Shown here piece after piece: positions 27,258 through 36,623 of a DNA stretch of 61,659 bases. Each line of letters begins with the position of its first letter. The first letter of the stretch is position 1. The position numbers were made by a program, and so were the translations under genes. The stretch spans positions 1 through 61,659 of the forward strand of contig CAYMEF010000002.1 of assembly GCA_964389625.1 (NCBI GenBank), given 5' to 3'. The notes below the pieces were generated by a model. That model was not told the DNA's origin, made no database searches, and was given only the letters and a program-made list of their open reading frames with translations. The stretch is from an uncultured Thermoplasmatales archaeon (GTDB lineage Archaea; Thermoplasmatota; Thermoplasmata; Thermoplasmatales; GCA-001856825).

Positions 27258-27977
27258 ATGGCAATAGATAAACAAAAGATAAGCCATCTGATCAAGGAGA
27301 ATCTTAACCACTCGTGCCCTGGTGCAATGGAGACTTGTGTTAAGATCACTGCAATAGCTGATCTTCCATCTAGGTTTGGACAGTTCCAGGTAGTAGCGTT
27401 TCAAAACGACTTCGACAAGAAGGACCACGCAGCAATCGTGCACGGCGACATCTTTGAGAAGGAGAACGTTCCAACCCGGATACATTCCGAGTGCCTAACG
27501 GGAGACGCCCTCGGCTCCTTGAGATGCGACTGCAGAGATCAACTGGAGGCATCAATGAAAATGCTGGGTGAGATGGAGTACGGCGTACTTCTCTACCTCA
27601 GACAAGAAGGCAGAGGAATCGGTTTTGCTAACAAGATCAAGGCGTATCAACTTCAAGACGGCGGCTACGACACATTCGAAGCAAACAAGGCACTTGGGTT
27701 TAGGGATGACGAACGCGATTATGCTATCGCTGCTCATATGCTGTCGTCTTTACACGTAAAGTCTATACGGTTGATGTCGAACAATCCCTTGAAAATCGAA
27801 GACCTCAAATTCCACGGCGTGAAGATTACTGGAAGAATACCTCTAATCATTCCTCCGAACGAGCACAATTCGTTCTATCTGGAGACTAAAAGGACGAAAG
27901 GAGGGCATATGCTCGATAAGAATGAGGAGGAGAACTTCATCGAACAGGAAGACGATCTGGTGGACTACAAACTCTAA
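27258..27977 (+). CDS. ribA: GTP cyclohydrolase II
   Basis: 'RIHSECLTGDALGSLRCDCRDQL' (Zn-binding Cys triad), 'YLRQEGRGIGFANKIKAYQLQDGGYDT' and 'DERDYAIAAHML' are present. It has an acidic ~25-aa C-terminal tail. Confidence 0.85.
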   Translation: MAIDKQKISHLIKENLNHSCPGAMETCVKITAIADLPSRFGQFQVVAFQNDFDKKDHAAIVHGDIFEKENVPTRIHSECLTGDALGSLRCDCRDQLEASMKMLGEMEYGVLLYLRQEGRGIGFANKIKAYQLQDGGYDTFEANKALGFRDDERDYAIAAHMLSSLHVKSIRLMSNNPLKIEDLKFHGVKITGRIPLIIPPNEHNSFYLETKRTKGGHMLDKNEEENFIEQEDDLVDYKL

Positions 27978-28068
27978 CTGAAGATCCTGGTCTCCATTTC
28001 GTTACAATTGATCTCGGAAGGAACACAAAATAGTATTTATCCAGTTCAAACATCTACTAACCAAGACA

Positions 28069-28467
28069 ATGAGCGCCAAAGCGGAATTCGAACAAATGAT
28101 GGAGAGATCCGATAGATTTCTGAAAACAGCAGAAAGTACACTGGAAAAAGGTTTTCTTGATATAAGCTCATTCAATGCAAATCAAGCCCTAGAATTATTC
28201 CTAAAAGCACGTGTGTTAAGACTGGCAGGAGACTACCCTCACACACACGACATAAAAGAACTTTTGATAACACTTGGAAAGGTTTGTGAACCCAAGTACG
28301 CTGGTACTGTGGAAAATATTCTTAGAGAGAAGAGCCTGGAGCTTAAGGCAGTCCAAGATACTTACATAACGTCTAGATACTTCTTCACCAGCTCGTCGGA
28401 GAACGAAGTCAATCGGATGATCGGATTCATTAAGGAGCTTGAGAGGAGTCTGGAAGATGTTCGTTGA
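28069..28467 (+). CDS. HEPN domain protein (partner of the downstream nucleotidyltransferase)
   Basis: 132 aa, all-helical. 'ALELFLKARVL...PHTHDIKELL' and '...TYITSRYF' are typical of archaeal HEPN (PF05168-like). It overlaps the next ORF. Confidence 0.7.
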   Translation: MSAKAEFEQMMERSDRFLKTAESTLEKGFLDISSFNANQALELFLKARVLRLAGDYPHTHDIKELLITLGKVCEPKYAGTVENILREKSLELKAVQDTYITSRYFFTSSSENEVNRMIGFIKELERSLEDVR

Positions 28468-28765
28468 GATGGCGAAGAAGAGAAGACACGCATTTGATCA
28501 CTTGAATTCATACCTAGATCTAATCAAAAGGATAGCCAAGACCGAAGACAAGAACTCTAGGGTCTTCTTATTTGGATCGGTTGAGAAAGGAGACTACAAT
28601 ATGGCCAGCGACATAGACATTCTCATCGTGACGGAGAAAGATAGGTACATACTTCTAACAAAGCTTGAAAACGAAGGGATAGAATTTCCATTTGAGCTGC
28701 ACGTTAGAAACTCCAGGGAAGCAGAAGCATACTTCCAACACATTCCCGAACTGAAGGAACTCTAG
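28439..28765 (+). CDS. minimal nucleotidyltransferase (MNT) domain protein
   Basis: 'VFLFGSVEKGDYNMASDIDILIV' matches the GS...DxD Pol-beta-type NTase motif. The real start is probably ATG 28457 (overlapping the HEPN stop) or ATG 28469. Confidence 0.8.
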   Translation: MRGVWKMFVEMAKKRRHAFDHLNSYLDLIKRIAKTEDKNSRVFLFGSVEKGDYNMASDIDILIVTEKDRYILLTKLENEGIEFPFELHVRNSREAEAYFQHIPELKEL

Positions 28766-29516
28766 GAAATTATAAGTCACATCTCATCCATAATCAAGTC
28801 ATTCAAATAAAGTTACATAAGAAATACAGTTATGGCAATTCCAGTATTCTTGACATCATAATTGCCTAATGACGTATAACCACAGTTATACATCAAGAAA
28901 TTCTAATACATAGGCCTCAGATCTTTTTAGATGTGAGTGATAAAGTCCCGGAACTGAAAATGAGCAGAATCGAGGTATCAAAACAGATGATTTCGGTCAC
29001 ATTTTTGTGTAATTACCTTACCATGGTTCTTTCGATTCCAAATTTGATTTTTAAATGACTACCAAATAAATTGTCCCAGAATTTTTGAAGTCTGAGCGCA
29101 TTGCACCTCCTTAACGTCGCTGTTGCTAGGAGAATAGTACAAGGAAACTGATAGATAGACGAAACGTGTAACCGAACAAAGTAGAAATGGATCCTGCTCA
29201 AGAGTGTTACCATAAAGGTAACTTCATTTGTGAATTGCCTTCCACACATTTTTCTCTTCATTTTTAATTATTTTCCAAGTTTTTAAGTAGTTCTCCATGA
29301 TTCGATATGGCGTCTCTGCAGTAACGTTAATTCATTGATTCAATAAGGCATCCTTATATTTTCATATTTAATTAATTATATTAAAGGCAAATTTGTGTTA
29401 TTTTGCATTTTGGAGGATTATAGTTTTGGCATCACGCAGTGACGAGGTTGGCAAGTGGGTTGAAATATTTTAGGATCGGTCTGGCCTTTTGCGAACTCTG
29501 GGACTTTCAGTACCGC

Positions 29517-30362
29517 CTACTTTCCGGTCGAGATCTTCTTGATTTGGTCCCATTGATCGTCGGTCAAGACTGAAAGTCCATTGAATTCACCTGCTCCTTT
29601 GAGCCACTCTCCTCCATCTATCGTAATCACTTCACCGTTGATGAATGAAGCCTCATTTGAGATGAGGTAGGCTGCGAGACTGGAGAGCTCTTCAATGCTT
29701 CCAGTTCTCCCAAGGGGTACCCTATTTTTCAGTGCCTCATCCATTCCTGGCAATGGAAAGAGATTCTTTTGGGTAGCCTGGGTAGGAAAAATACCAGGAG
29801 CAATTGCAACGTGCCTGATGTTGTATTTCGCCCATTCTACAGCAAGTGATCTTACGACTGCGAGGACCCCGGCCTTTGCGGCTGCTGATGGTACAACATA
29901 TGCGGATCCCGTCCAAGCATAGGGAGTCACTATGTCAAGTACTACTCCCTCCTGTTTTCTCTCTATCCATCTCTTGCCCATTTCCAACGTCATGTAAAGA
30001 GTACCGTGTAGCACAATGTTGAGAACAGAATCTACTGCATGAGGGGAAAGCCTCTCGGTGGGGGAAACGAAATTCCCAGCGGCGTTGTTCACCAAAACGT
30101 TAATTGGACCAATTTCGCTTTCGAGGAAGTTAACGGATTCCTTTATCTGTTCCGGCACTCTGACGTCGCACTTATGATAGGAAACTTCGATCCCACTTTC
30201 AGAAAACTCCTTAGAAGTTCTCTCAAGAACATTTTCCCTCCTGCCTAGAATCGCAATTTTGGCCCCAAGATCTCCAAATTTCTTTCCGATTCCTTTTCCC
30301 AGACCCGTTCCTCCGCCTGTGATCAAAACGACCTTGTCCTTCAGTAACTCCTCTCTGAACAT
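29517..30362 (-). CDS. SDR family oxidoreductase (2,4-dienoyl-CoA reductase-like)
   Basis: 'VVLITGGGTGLGKGIG' Rossmann motif, 'NNAAGNF', and 'VVPSAAAKAGV'. Confidence 0.85.
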   Translation of the reverse strand: MFREELLKDKVVLITGGGTGLGKGIGKKFGDLGAKIAILGRRENVLERTSKEFSESGIEVSYHKCDVRVPEQIKESVNFLESEIGPINVLVNNAAGNFVSPTERLSPHAVDSVLNIVLHGTLYMTLEMGKRWIERKQEGVVLDIVTPYAWTGSAYVVPSAAAKAGVLAVVRSLAVEWAKYNIRHVAIAPGIFPTQATQKNLFPLPGMDEALKNRVPLGRTGSIEELSSLAAYLISNEASFINGEVITIDGGEWLKGAGEFNGLSVLTDDQWDQIKKISTGK

Positions 30363-30549
30363 CTTCTCCGGTATCTATAACATTAACGGTTATAACCATT
30401 CATCTCAGGTTGATACTTTAGGATAAACCCCCGGCTCGTCCTACGAATCGAACGGAATCTGTTCCTTGTCTCGTTTCACTGGAATAAAGGAAGAGCGCAA
30501 ACATCATCTATTCATAGGGGTTCCCAGATTTGGAAAAGCGAAAAAGAAG

Positions 30550-31107
30550 ATGAGCGGATTGAAGGTAAGGGAAAAGGAAAAGGCGGACAGGACCTTGTAC
30601 AGCCTAGTTATGGGGACGATAGTTACCGCCATTATCGCTCTGTCTTCCATTATTCTGATACTAACAACCGCACTTATCATTCCCATGTTCTACAAGATAT
30701 CTTTCATCTCAATTTTCCTTCTTAAGGACATAACTGACTCATTCTTCGTTGCAGGCTTTGCAACCTCAGTAGTCTTATTGTCAATCTCAATCGTATATCT
30801 GGAACGGAATGTAAGATTACTGTCGGTTAAGCTCTCTAACCTAAGTTCTGCAAGTAGTCGCCCAGATGACACCAAAGCGATCTCCAACGAAGAATTACTC
30901 AAGTATCTCGATGAAGGCGAGAGAAGATTGTATGGTTTACTGGTGGATTCCAACGGTTCTCTGCTTCAGAAGAACCTTGTTGGTTTGGACGGTATGTCGA
31001 GAGCCACGGTTTCCAGACTCGTCGATCGGTTAGAGAAGAAGGGCATTGTGGAGAAAATTAGACATGGATCGACCAATATGATTGTGTTGAAACGCACTTC
31101 TCGCTGA
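30550..31107 (+). CDS. membrane-anchored winged-helix (MarR-like) transcriptional regulator
   Basis: Two or three N-terminal TM helices, then 'ERRLYGLLVDSNGSLLQKNLVGLDGMSRATVSRLVDRLEKKGIV'. The ORF is open from TTG 30466; ATG 30550 is the more plausible start. Confidence 0.6.
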   Translation: MSGLKVREKEKADRTLYSLVMGTIVTAIIALSSIILILTTALIIPMFYKISFISIFLLKDITDSFFVAGFATSVVLLSISIVYLERNVRLLSVKLSNLSSASSRPDDTKAISNEELLKYLDEGERRLYGLLVDSNGSLLQKNLVGLDGMSRATVSRLVDRLEKKGIVEKIRHGSTNMIVLKRTSR

Positions 31108-31169
31108 CATTTCATTATTCTGAAATTGATTTCACTGAACGCTTATCTACTATTTCACAATAGAAAAAT

Positions 31170-31571
31170 GTGAAGGTAATCTTAATGAACTTCAGAAACG
31201 ACTTGACAGGGATGTTTCGAATATTCCTGAGCGTCATACTGGCTCTCGTTATAGCAGGCGTGGTACTTGCCTTCCTATTCGGGACTAGATACTGGACTTC
31301 AGGAACAGGCTACGGGTATGGAATGATGGGTTTTGGATCGGGTGGTATGTGGATATTTGGAGGTCTTTTCATGATAATACCCATAATACTGTTCTTCCTA
31401 TTTATTTACTGGATGGTAGGAATTGCTTCTGATCACGGTCATCGCCATATGCATGATGACTTCTCCTACCACGGAAGTTCTGCTATTGATACTCTTGACG
31501 AAAGATATGCGAAAGGTGAGATCAACAAAGAGCAGTACGATGCAATGAAGAGTGACATATTGAAGAGGTGA
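31170..31571 (+). CDS. membrane protein with a His-rich loop and a C-terminal SHOCT domain
   Basis: Two TM helices, 'SDHGHRHMHDD', then 'LDERYAKGEINKEQYDAMKSDIL' (SHOCT). GTG 31170 or ATG 31185 start. It ends 6 nt before the next gene. Confidence 0.65.
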   Translation: MKVILMNFRNDLTGMFRIFLSVILALVIAGVVLAFLFGTRYWTSGTGYGYGMMGFGSGGMWIFGGLFMIIPIILFFLFIYWMVGIASDHGHRHMHDDFSYHGSSAIDTLDERYAKGEINKEQYDAMKSDILKR

Positions 31572-31577
31572 GACAGA

Positions 31578-32237
31578 ATGGGACCGAGGATTGTAATGAT
31601 TTCCGCCTTTGTCGTCACCCTTGTTTTAGTGGTTGGAATCGGTGCATACTTAGCAATTTCGGAATCTGGTAGCACAAGTGTCTACAGAAGCCAGTATATG
31701 TCACAAAGTACAGTAATTGCACTTTCCTCGCCGGGTCCAGCGATAAGCCTAGCGAATTCGTCAGACAAGATATTCGTCAATGAGAGCTCAACTATTATGG
31801 TGGAACTGTCCCCCTCGATGGGCAGGATGAACGGCACTCCTCAGGAATATTTTGTCATTTTCGGTTTGGTTAATCCCACAATTGTAGCCAAGCAAGGCAT
31901 CTCGATAAGATTTGTAGAGGTCAATATGGACAACATGGAACACAACTTGGTCATAACGACAGAATCCCCTCCATACTCTTACAGCGCAATGATGGGATAC
32001 GGTGGCATGTATTATGGAAACGCCACTTACCACGGAACAGGGATGCTCTATGCTAACGGCTCTAATTATGCAAGGATGATGATGTATTCATCTTTTCTTC
32101 CTCCATACAGTGGAAATTCGCACTTCCCCTACGAGAACGTTACGTATACAACGAACGCTGCAGGGAATTATTGGTACATCTGCGAGTATCCGGGACACGC
32201 AGAAGAAGGGATGTATGGAGAACTAATAGTAGATTGA
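31578..32237 (+). CDS. membrane-anchored type-1 copper protein (rusticyanin/sulfocyanin-like cupredoxin)
   Basis: N-terminal TM 'IVMISAFVVTLVLVVGIGAYLAI'. Upstream His ligand 'MEHNLVI'. The C-terminal 'YWYICEYPGHAEEGMYGELIV' gives C-x4-H-x4-M as in rusticyanin ('CQIPGHAATGM'). 'gaggtga' lies upstream of the ATG. Confidence 0.75.
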   Translation: MGPRIVMISAFVVTLVLVVGIGAYLAISESGSTSVYRSQYMSQSTVIALSSPGPAISLANSSDKIFVNESSTIMVELSPSMGRMNGTPQEYFVIFGLVNPTIVAKQGISIRFVEVNMDNMEHNLVITTESPPYSYSAMMGYGGMYYGNATYHGTGMLYANGSNYARMMMYSSFLPPYSGNSHFPYENVTYTTNAAGNYWYICEYPGHAEEGMYGELIVD

Positions 32238-32688
32238 ACGGATCTATCGGCAACGGGACGGATTATTTGTCCGTTCCGGACCTTCTTTTCTATGAGCTGA
32301 TGGGAGGCAGAGATAACCTCTAAACCCCATTATTTTCACTGTCTGCAAATGATCTCTTCTTGACGGGGATGTGCATGCCTTCTCCAGTGAACCTAGGCAT
32401 GAAGTTTGTTATTGTTCCGCGCTTAAACTATACAAGCTGATTGACGAAGGCTGGTATCTATGATAGTGGAACCAGCAGAAGGAGAGCATTAATTCACCAG
32501 TCTAATACGGAGGTGGCAAGACAATGTTATGTAGGTCCAACAGGATCAAGGAAGAGGAGCCTCATAATACAACCACCGTAACCGATCGATAGAAAGTATG
32601 CTCATCCCAGATAGTGGGCACATACGACTGACCTGTTACGAAGAGGGAAATTTGTTAAATACCTCTCAATCTTTTAAGAAATGGTATC

Positions 32689-33210
32689 GTGACGAAAATC
32701 AACTTGACACAAAACGAGTCAAAGGTACTACGAGCACTGGTTGAAGACTCGAGATTGACAGTAACAGAAATAGCAGGAATTACTAACCTTAATCGCAACA
32801 CCGTGCGATCCGCTATAAACTCGTTGATATCTAACAATGTAATTACGCGATTTACTGTCAACGTTTCCCACCCTGAAGGCGAGAAATTAATTCTTCTGGA
32901 ATTAGACAACCTGGAGCAGGTACCTGAGGGGGACAGGATAGAGGTTCTTGAGCTCGCCAACGGCAAGTATGTCGTTCTATCCAGTATGGATTTGCTCAAA
33001 AAGAATATAAAATATATCAATGTGAATATAGTAAGCAAACGGCAAAGCTTTGACAGCATAACGACCAGTGTTAGAGCTTACTGCGACTACTGTGGCAAGG
33101 AAATAAGAGAAGAAATACTGATCGTAAAGCACAAAAACCACGAATATTATGCCTGTTGTGAAAATTGCAAGGCTGATCTGGAAAAGAAACTGGCAAGAGC
33201 AGGCGACTGA
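32689..33210 (+). CDS. Lrp/AsnC-type HTH regulator with C-terminal TRASH metal-binding domain (CopR/CopT-like)
   Basis: 'ESKVLRALVEDSRLTVTEIAGITNLNRNTVRSAINSL' HTH. The C-terminal 'CDYC-x20-CCENC' fits the TRASH pattern C-x2-C-x19-22-C-x3-C. GTG start. Confidence 0.7.
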   Translation: MTKINLTQNESKVLRALVEDSRLTVTEIAGITNLNRNTVRSAINSLISNNVITRFTVNVSHPEGEKLILLELDNLEQVPEGDRIEVLELANGKYVVLSSMDLLKKNIKYINVNIVSKRQSFDSITTSVRAYCDYCGKEIREEILIVKHKNHEYYACCENCKADLEKKLARAGD

Positions 33211-33367
33211 CTTCCTCCCACTTATGAATTAATGAGGTTCATCCTTAAAATTATGTAGCTTTCTAAGTAGTCTACAGGAAGTATTTCAAAACGTAATTTG
33301 GCCGAGGGAATTTTACTTGTTGGAGTATAAAAAATAACTTACTATTACGAATATCTCAGCGACTTAC

Positions 33368-34275
33368 ATGAGAAGTCCTATACTTTCAAACAGAGGAGTG
33401 ACTTACCTATCGGAGTTACTCAACGTAATCCTAAAGATAGTTCCGGATGAAAGACTCGGATTTGTTGCGCAGACTGCCCCAGGACTCGTGTTCAGCGGTA
33501 CGGACTTCTGCTACAGCGAAAACGGAATCATGGCGAGCGAGACTACTCTGGATGAGATAGATACGTACAACGAAAAAGGAGTCCCAATCTTCCAGGGGCT
33601 AAGACTTGCGATTCAAAACTCGAGGTTCTTTGACGAATTTTCAAAACGCATAGTGCAAGATAACACGGGAGGGTATGTCAATGATTACCCTATGGCGGAC
33701 GGATAGTCCAAGGAGATCGGGCTGTTGGAAATCCTGTCCTACAATTATGTGCTGTCGAAGAAGAACAGTGGTTTTTTCCCCTCGAGCAATTTTGTTCAAT
33801 TCGAAGAAGTTAGAAGGGAGTCCAAAATTGCACACGACGGTTCCTTAAATTCCGACAACGCCAGATTGTTTAGACTGGAAGAACTTATCAAAAATGGTAA
33901 CTTGGATGTGGAAACCTGTAAGGGGATACTAGCAGACCACTACGATTACGCTCGGAAGAAGGTAAATCCTGGAAAGAACTCCGTATGCAGTCACAGAGAA
34001 ATTGAACCAAACCTAGATGTATTTGACAAGAGAGGATCATACTACCGTTCGGTACAATTGATGGGAAAATAGTAACAGGTAGAGGCTCGTTAGAGGGAGA
34101 GTCGTTTGTAAAATTAGGGAAGCCATGCTCTGGAACTTTCAACAGCGAGGATTTTCTGGTTGCCCATCTCGAATACTCATGGACGAGAGAGTTTCTAGAA
34201 GATGTTGACTCTGGAGAATGGCAGACAATCAGTCATGGTTGGCAACAGAAGAAAATGAAAGGCTCGGAGACTTAG
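33368..34275 (+). pseudogene. phospholipase B-like (Ntn-hydrolase, LAMA family) gene remnant: 5'-truncated, one in-frame TAG, one frameshift
   Basis: 'PGLVFSGTDFCYSENGIMASETT' and 'NTGGYVNDYPMADG*SKEIGLLEILSYNY' follow the PLB-like pattern (S.DDFY...ETT; NSGTYNNQWMIVDY). The TAG is at 33704-33706 in frame. The frame shifts near 34030-34050 ('...FGTIDGKIVTG...' continues in another frame to TAG 34275). Confidence 0.5.
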
Positions 34276-34305
34276 CAGATCTCCGGATCCTCAAATCGAC
34301 CTCAG

Positions 34306-35862
34306 CTACACCTTCTTGAGGGCCCTGCCTCCTCTATCTGCAGTTATCTTGCCCCTTTCGATCTCGAGTACTCCATTCACAAAGAGGTATTCGACACCTT
34401 CTGGAGGGACAGTTGGTGATTCAAATGTGTTCTTGTCTCCAAAAGTGTTCGGATTGAAAATGACTAAGTCCGCAAAGTAGCCATCTTTTATGTACCCTCT
34501 AAGGTCTATGCCGAATCTATCCGCAGTCAGTGATGACGATTTCCTGACCATTTCTTGTACAGAGATGAAATTTAGATCTCTAACGTATTTCTTGAAGACC
34601 CTCGGGAAAGTTCCAAAACTCCTTGGGTGAACCGTGCCTTCTACGTAAACCGAACTGTCGCTACAAATTGCAGTGAGTGGATGAGACACAATAGTGTCAA
34701 CGTCGAGATTGTTCATCGTATGAGCAATGATCATAATGTCCTTGTGATTCTTCTCAAGCAACCGTAATACTGTTTCCTCGCAGCTTTCCTTCATATCTTT
34801 AGAGATATCAAGGATGTTTCTGTGGTTGTACTTATTGAGTTCTGGGTTTTCCAAATCCTCCAAGACTATTTCGTGCCAATCTTCGGGATTCCTGTTCTTT
34901 GCCATTTTCTCTTTTGCATTCTTCCTCTCGTCAGGGATATTTATCCTCTCTAGCATCCTGTAGAATCCTCCATCCATCATTTCCTTGGGAATTGTTATGG
35001 TGAGGTTAGTAGAGGCCGCATCGTACGGATACGCATCCCAGCCAACAGGTTTCCCCTTTTTGACGACCTTTTCCAGTCTTTCAAGCTGCTCAATCCCCTT
35101 CCCCCAGTTTGCTCTCCCTTCTGCTTTCAGGTGTGAAACTTCCAATCTTGCTCCAGATTTCTTTGATACGTTAAGAGACTCTTCTATCGACTCTTGTAGG
35201 AAGGAACCTTCATTCCTCATGTGTGTGGCGTAGACTCTTCCCATCTCTGAAACAACTTTACAGACCTCCGCAAGTTCATTCACGTCTGCAAATCCAGAAG
35301 GAGTATACTCAAGTCCAGACGAAAGACCATAAGCGCCCTGTTCCAGGTTCTTTCTAAGGAGTTCTTTCATTTCCTCTATTTCATTCTTCGTTGGTTTCCT
35401 TGCAGCGTTACCCAGTATAGCCGACCTTAGTGTACCTTGACCAACGAGTGCTGCCGTGTTGATTGCAGGTTTCCTGCTGTTGACTGCATCAGCATACTTT
35501 CCAAAATTCTTCCATTCGAGTTTCAGCCCATTAGACTCCAAGTCTTCTCTTACTTCACCTTCGTTATTCGAAGAGACTGGAAAGGGGGTGTAACCACAAT
35601 TTCCCGTGACCTCTGTTGTGATCCCCTGCATAATCCTGTTTTGGGCTTTTGGATTCTTAAGGACTTTCACGTCAGAATGAGAATGTGCATCGATGAATCC
35701 CGGAGCGATAATCAAGCCCGTTACGTCTATTTCGATTGCACTTCCAGTTACATTCTTTTCTCCTGAAAAATAGATCTTGTCTTTTCTGACAACCAGTCCC
35801 GGATTCCTTCGTGGTACGTCTCCCGATCCGTCTACCAACAGTCCGCCGGTTATTCGAAACAT
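34306..35862 (-). CDS. N-acyl-D-amino-acid deacylase (D-aminoacylase) family amidohydrolase
   Basis: 'IDVTGLIIAPGFIDAHSHSD', 'GITTEVTGNCG', 'VYATHMRNEG', and the C-terminal 'ADLVIFNP...V.YLFVNGVLEIERGK'. Confidence 0.8.
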   Translation of the reverse strand: MFRITGGLLVDGSGDVPRRNPGLVVRKDKIYFSGEKNVTGSAIEIDVTGLIIAPGFIDAHSHSDVKVLKNPKAQNRIMQGITTEVTGNCGYTPFPVSSNNEGEVREDLESNGLKLEWKNFGKYADAVNSRKPAINTAALVGQGTLRSAILGNAARKPTKNEIEEMKELLRKNLEQGAYGLSSGLEYTPSGFADVNELAEVCKVVSEMGRVYATHMRNEGSFLQESIEESLNVSKKSGARLEVSHLKAEGRANWGKGIEQLERLEKVVKKGKPVGWDAYPYDAASTNLTITIPKEMMDGGFYRMLERINIPDERKNAKEKMAKNRNPEDWHEIVLEDLENPELNKYNHRNILDISKDMKESCEETVLRLLEKNHKDIMIIAHTMNNLDVDTIVSHPLTAICSDSSVYVEGTVHPRSFGTFPRVFKKYVRDLNFISVQEMVRKSSSLTADRFGIDLRGYIKDGYFADLVIFNPNTFGDKNTFESPTVPPEGVEYLFVNGVLEIERGKITADRGGRALKKV

Positions 35863-35873
35863 AAGATTGCTAT

Positions 35874-36146
35874 GTGTGTTGCATTATATCATCTCTTCGA
35901 GAGCCCGTAAGAGCGACCGTTAAACTCCTGTCTGGAATTTTGGAAATAGGGGTCACTAAAGGCGTCACTTCTGACTATGGTCAGGTTTCTTACACCTACT
36001 CGGTGCCTGGATCATATCTTCTAGGCGTGGTCATATACAACGTCACGTCCGAAAATAATAACAATGCATCATTGCTGGCAATTACTGTTCTGTCCTCATT
36101 GAGAGCAAATCCAGCCGCAATCTATGGCCCAATTGAGCCTGTATGA
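35874..36146 (+). pseudogene. fragment of a family-5 solute-binding protein gene (PKD-like N-terminal part only, frameshifted)
   Basis: 'GQVSYTYSVPGSYLLGVVIYNVTSENNNNASLLAITVLSSLRANPAAIYGPI' aligns with residues ~95-150 of the intact binding protein at 46400..49147 ('GVVSYAYPVPGSYLVSLVVYNATSMISNNASLLPVTINPSLTANPAAIEGPI'). 'VWNFGN' is readable in another frame just upstream. Confidence 0.6.
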
Positions 36147-36623
36147 TAAATATATGATGCACTTTATCAGGTCTGGTCACAATGAGTTTTATTCATGACT
36201 TCGGCGTATTGCCATTAATTGGTTGATCTTACATTAAATTGTAAACCCTACTTGATCAAAAATAATTTTCACACAGTCTTAGCCATATATACGTTCAGAT
36301 CACCTTCACAGAGATATGGTGAGAGTTTATTGTCGGAATTACTCGACCAAGGTCTTATTCACCTTTGTTTCAGAGTGGTGTGTCGAGACGAAGGGCAGCC
36401 AACCATTCATCGACCTCTTGAGCCCAGACTGTAACGCGGCTGCCTTTCCGACTCACACAACATTATCGTCATAATGTTGTGGTCAGAAAGCATCTTTCAT
36501 AATGCCTCTTCAACTTACTATCCCTCAAAAGGAGAAAGGTGATAGCGTGAGTTATCTAGATTATCCAGAAATGATCAAGAGAAGTGGTATAAAGTAAAGA
36601 ATAAACAATCAATTCCCACAAAT

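Noticed and set aside
29013-29261. 82-aa minus-strand ORF in the AT-rich gap.
   Set aside because: It has no recognisable motif, an odd Cys/Phe/Leu-rich composition typical of random ORFs in AT-rich DNA, and no promoter or ribosome-binding context that I can point to.
32238-32688. 450-bp spacer between the cupredoxin and the TRASH regulator, searched for a small CopM-like TRASH or metallochaperone ORF.
   Set aside because: Only ORFs of about 10-25 codons without Cys motifs are present. An imperfect hairpin followed by a T-rich run just after the cupredoxin stop looks like a terminator and nothing more.
25749-33706. Two in-frame TAG codons (25749-25751 in the GNAT gene, 33704-33706 in the PLB-like gene) as possible pyrrolysine or readthrough codons.
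   Set aside because: TAG is used as an ordinary terminator by clearly complete genes in this window (stops at 28763-28765, 41675-41677 and 59930-59932). No pyl genes or methylamine methyltransferases are present. The PLB-like gene also carries a frameshift and a truncation, so plain pseudogenisation is the simplest reading.
36219-36434. 71-aa ORF between the binding-protein fragment and oppB.
   Set aside because: It shows no similarity to the binding protein or to anything I recognise. It probably lies within degenerate remains of the lost gene.
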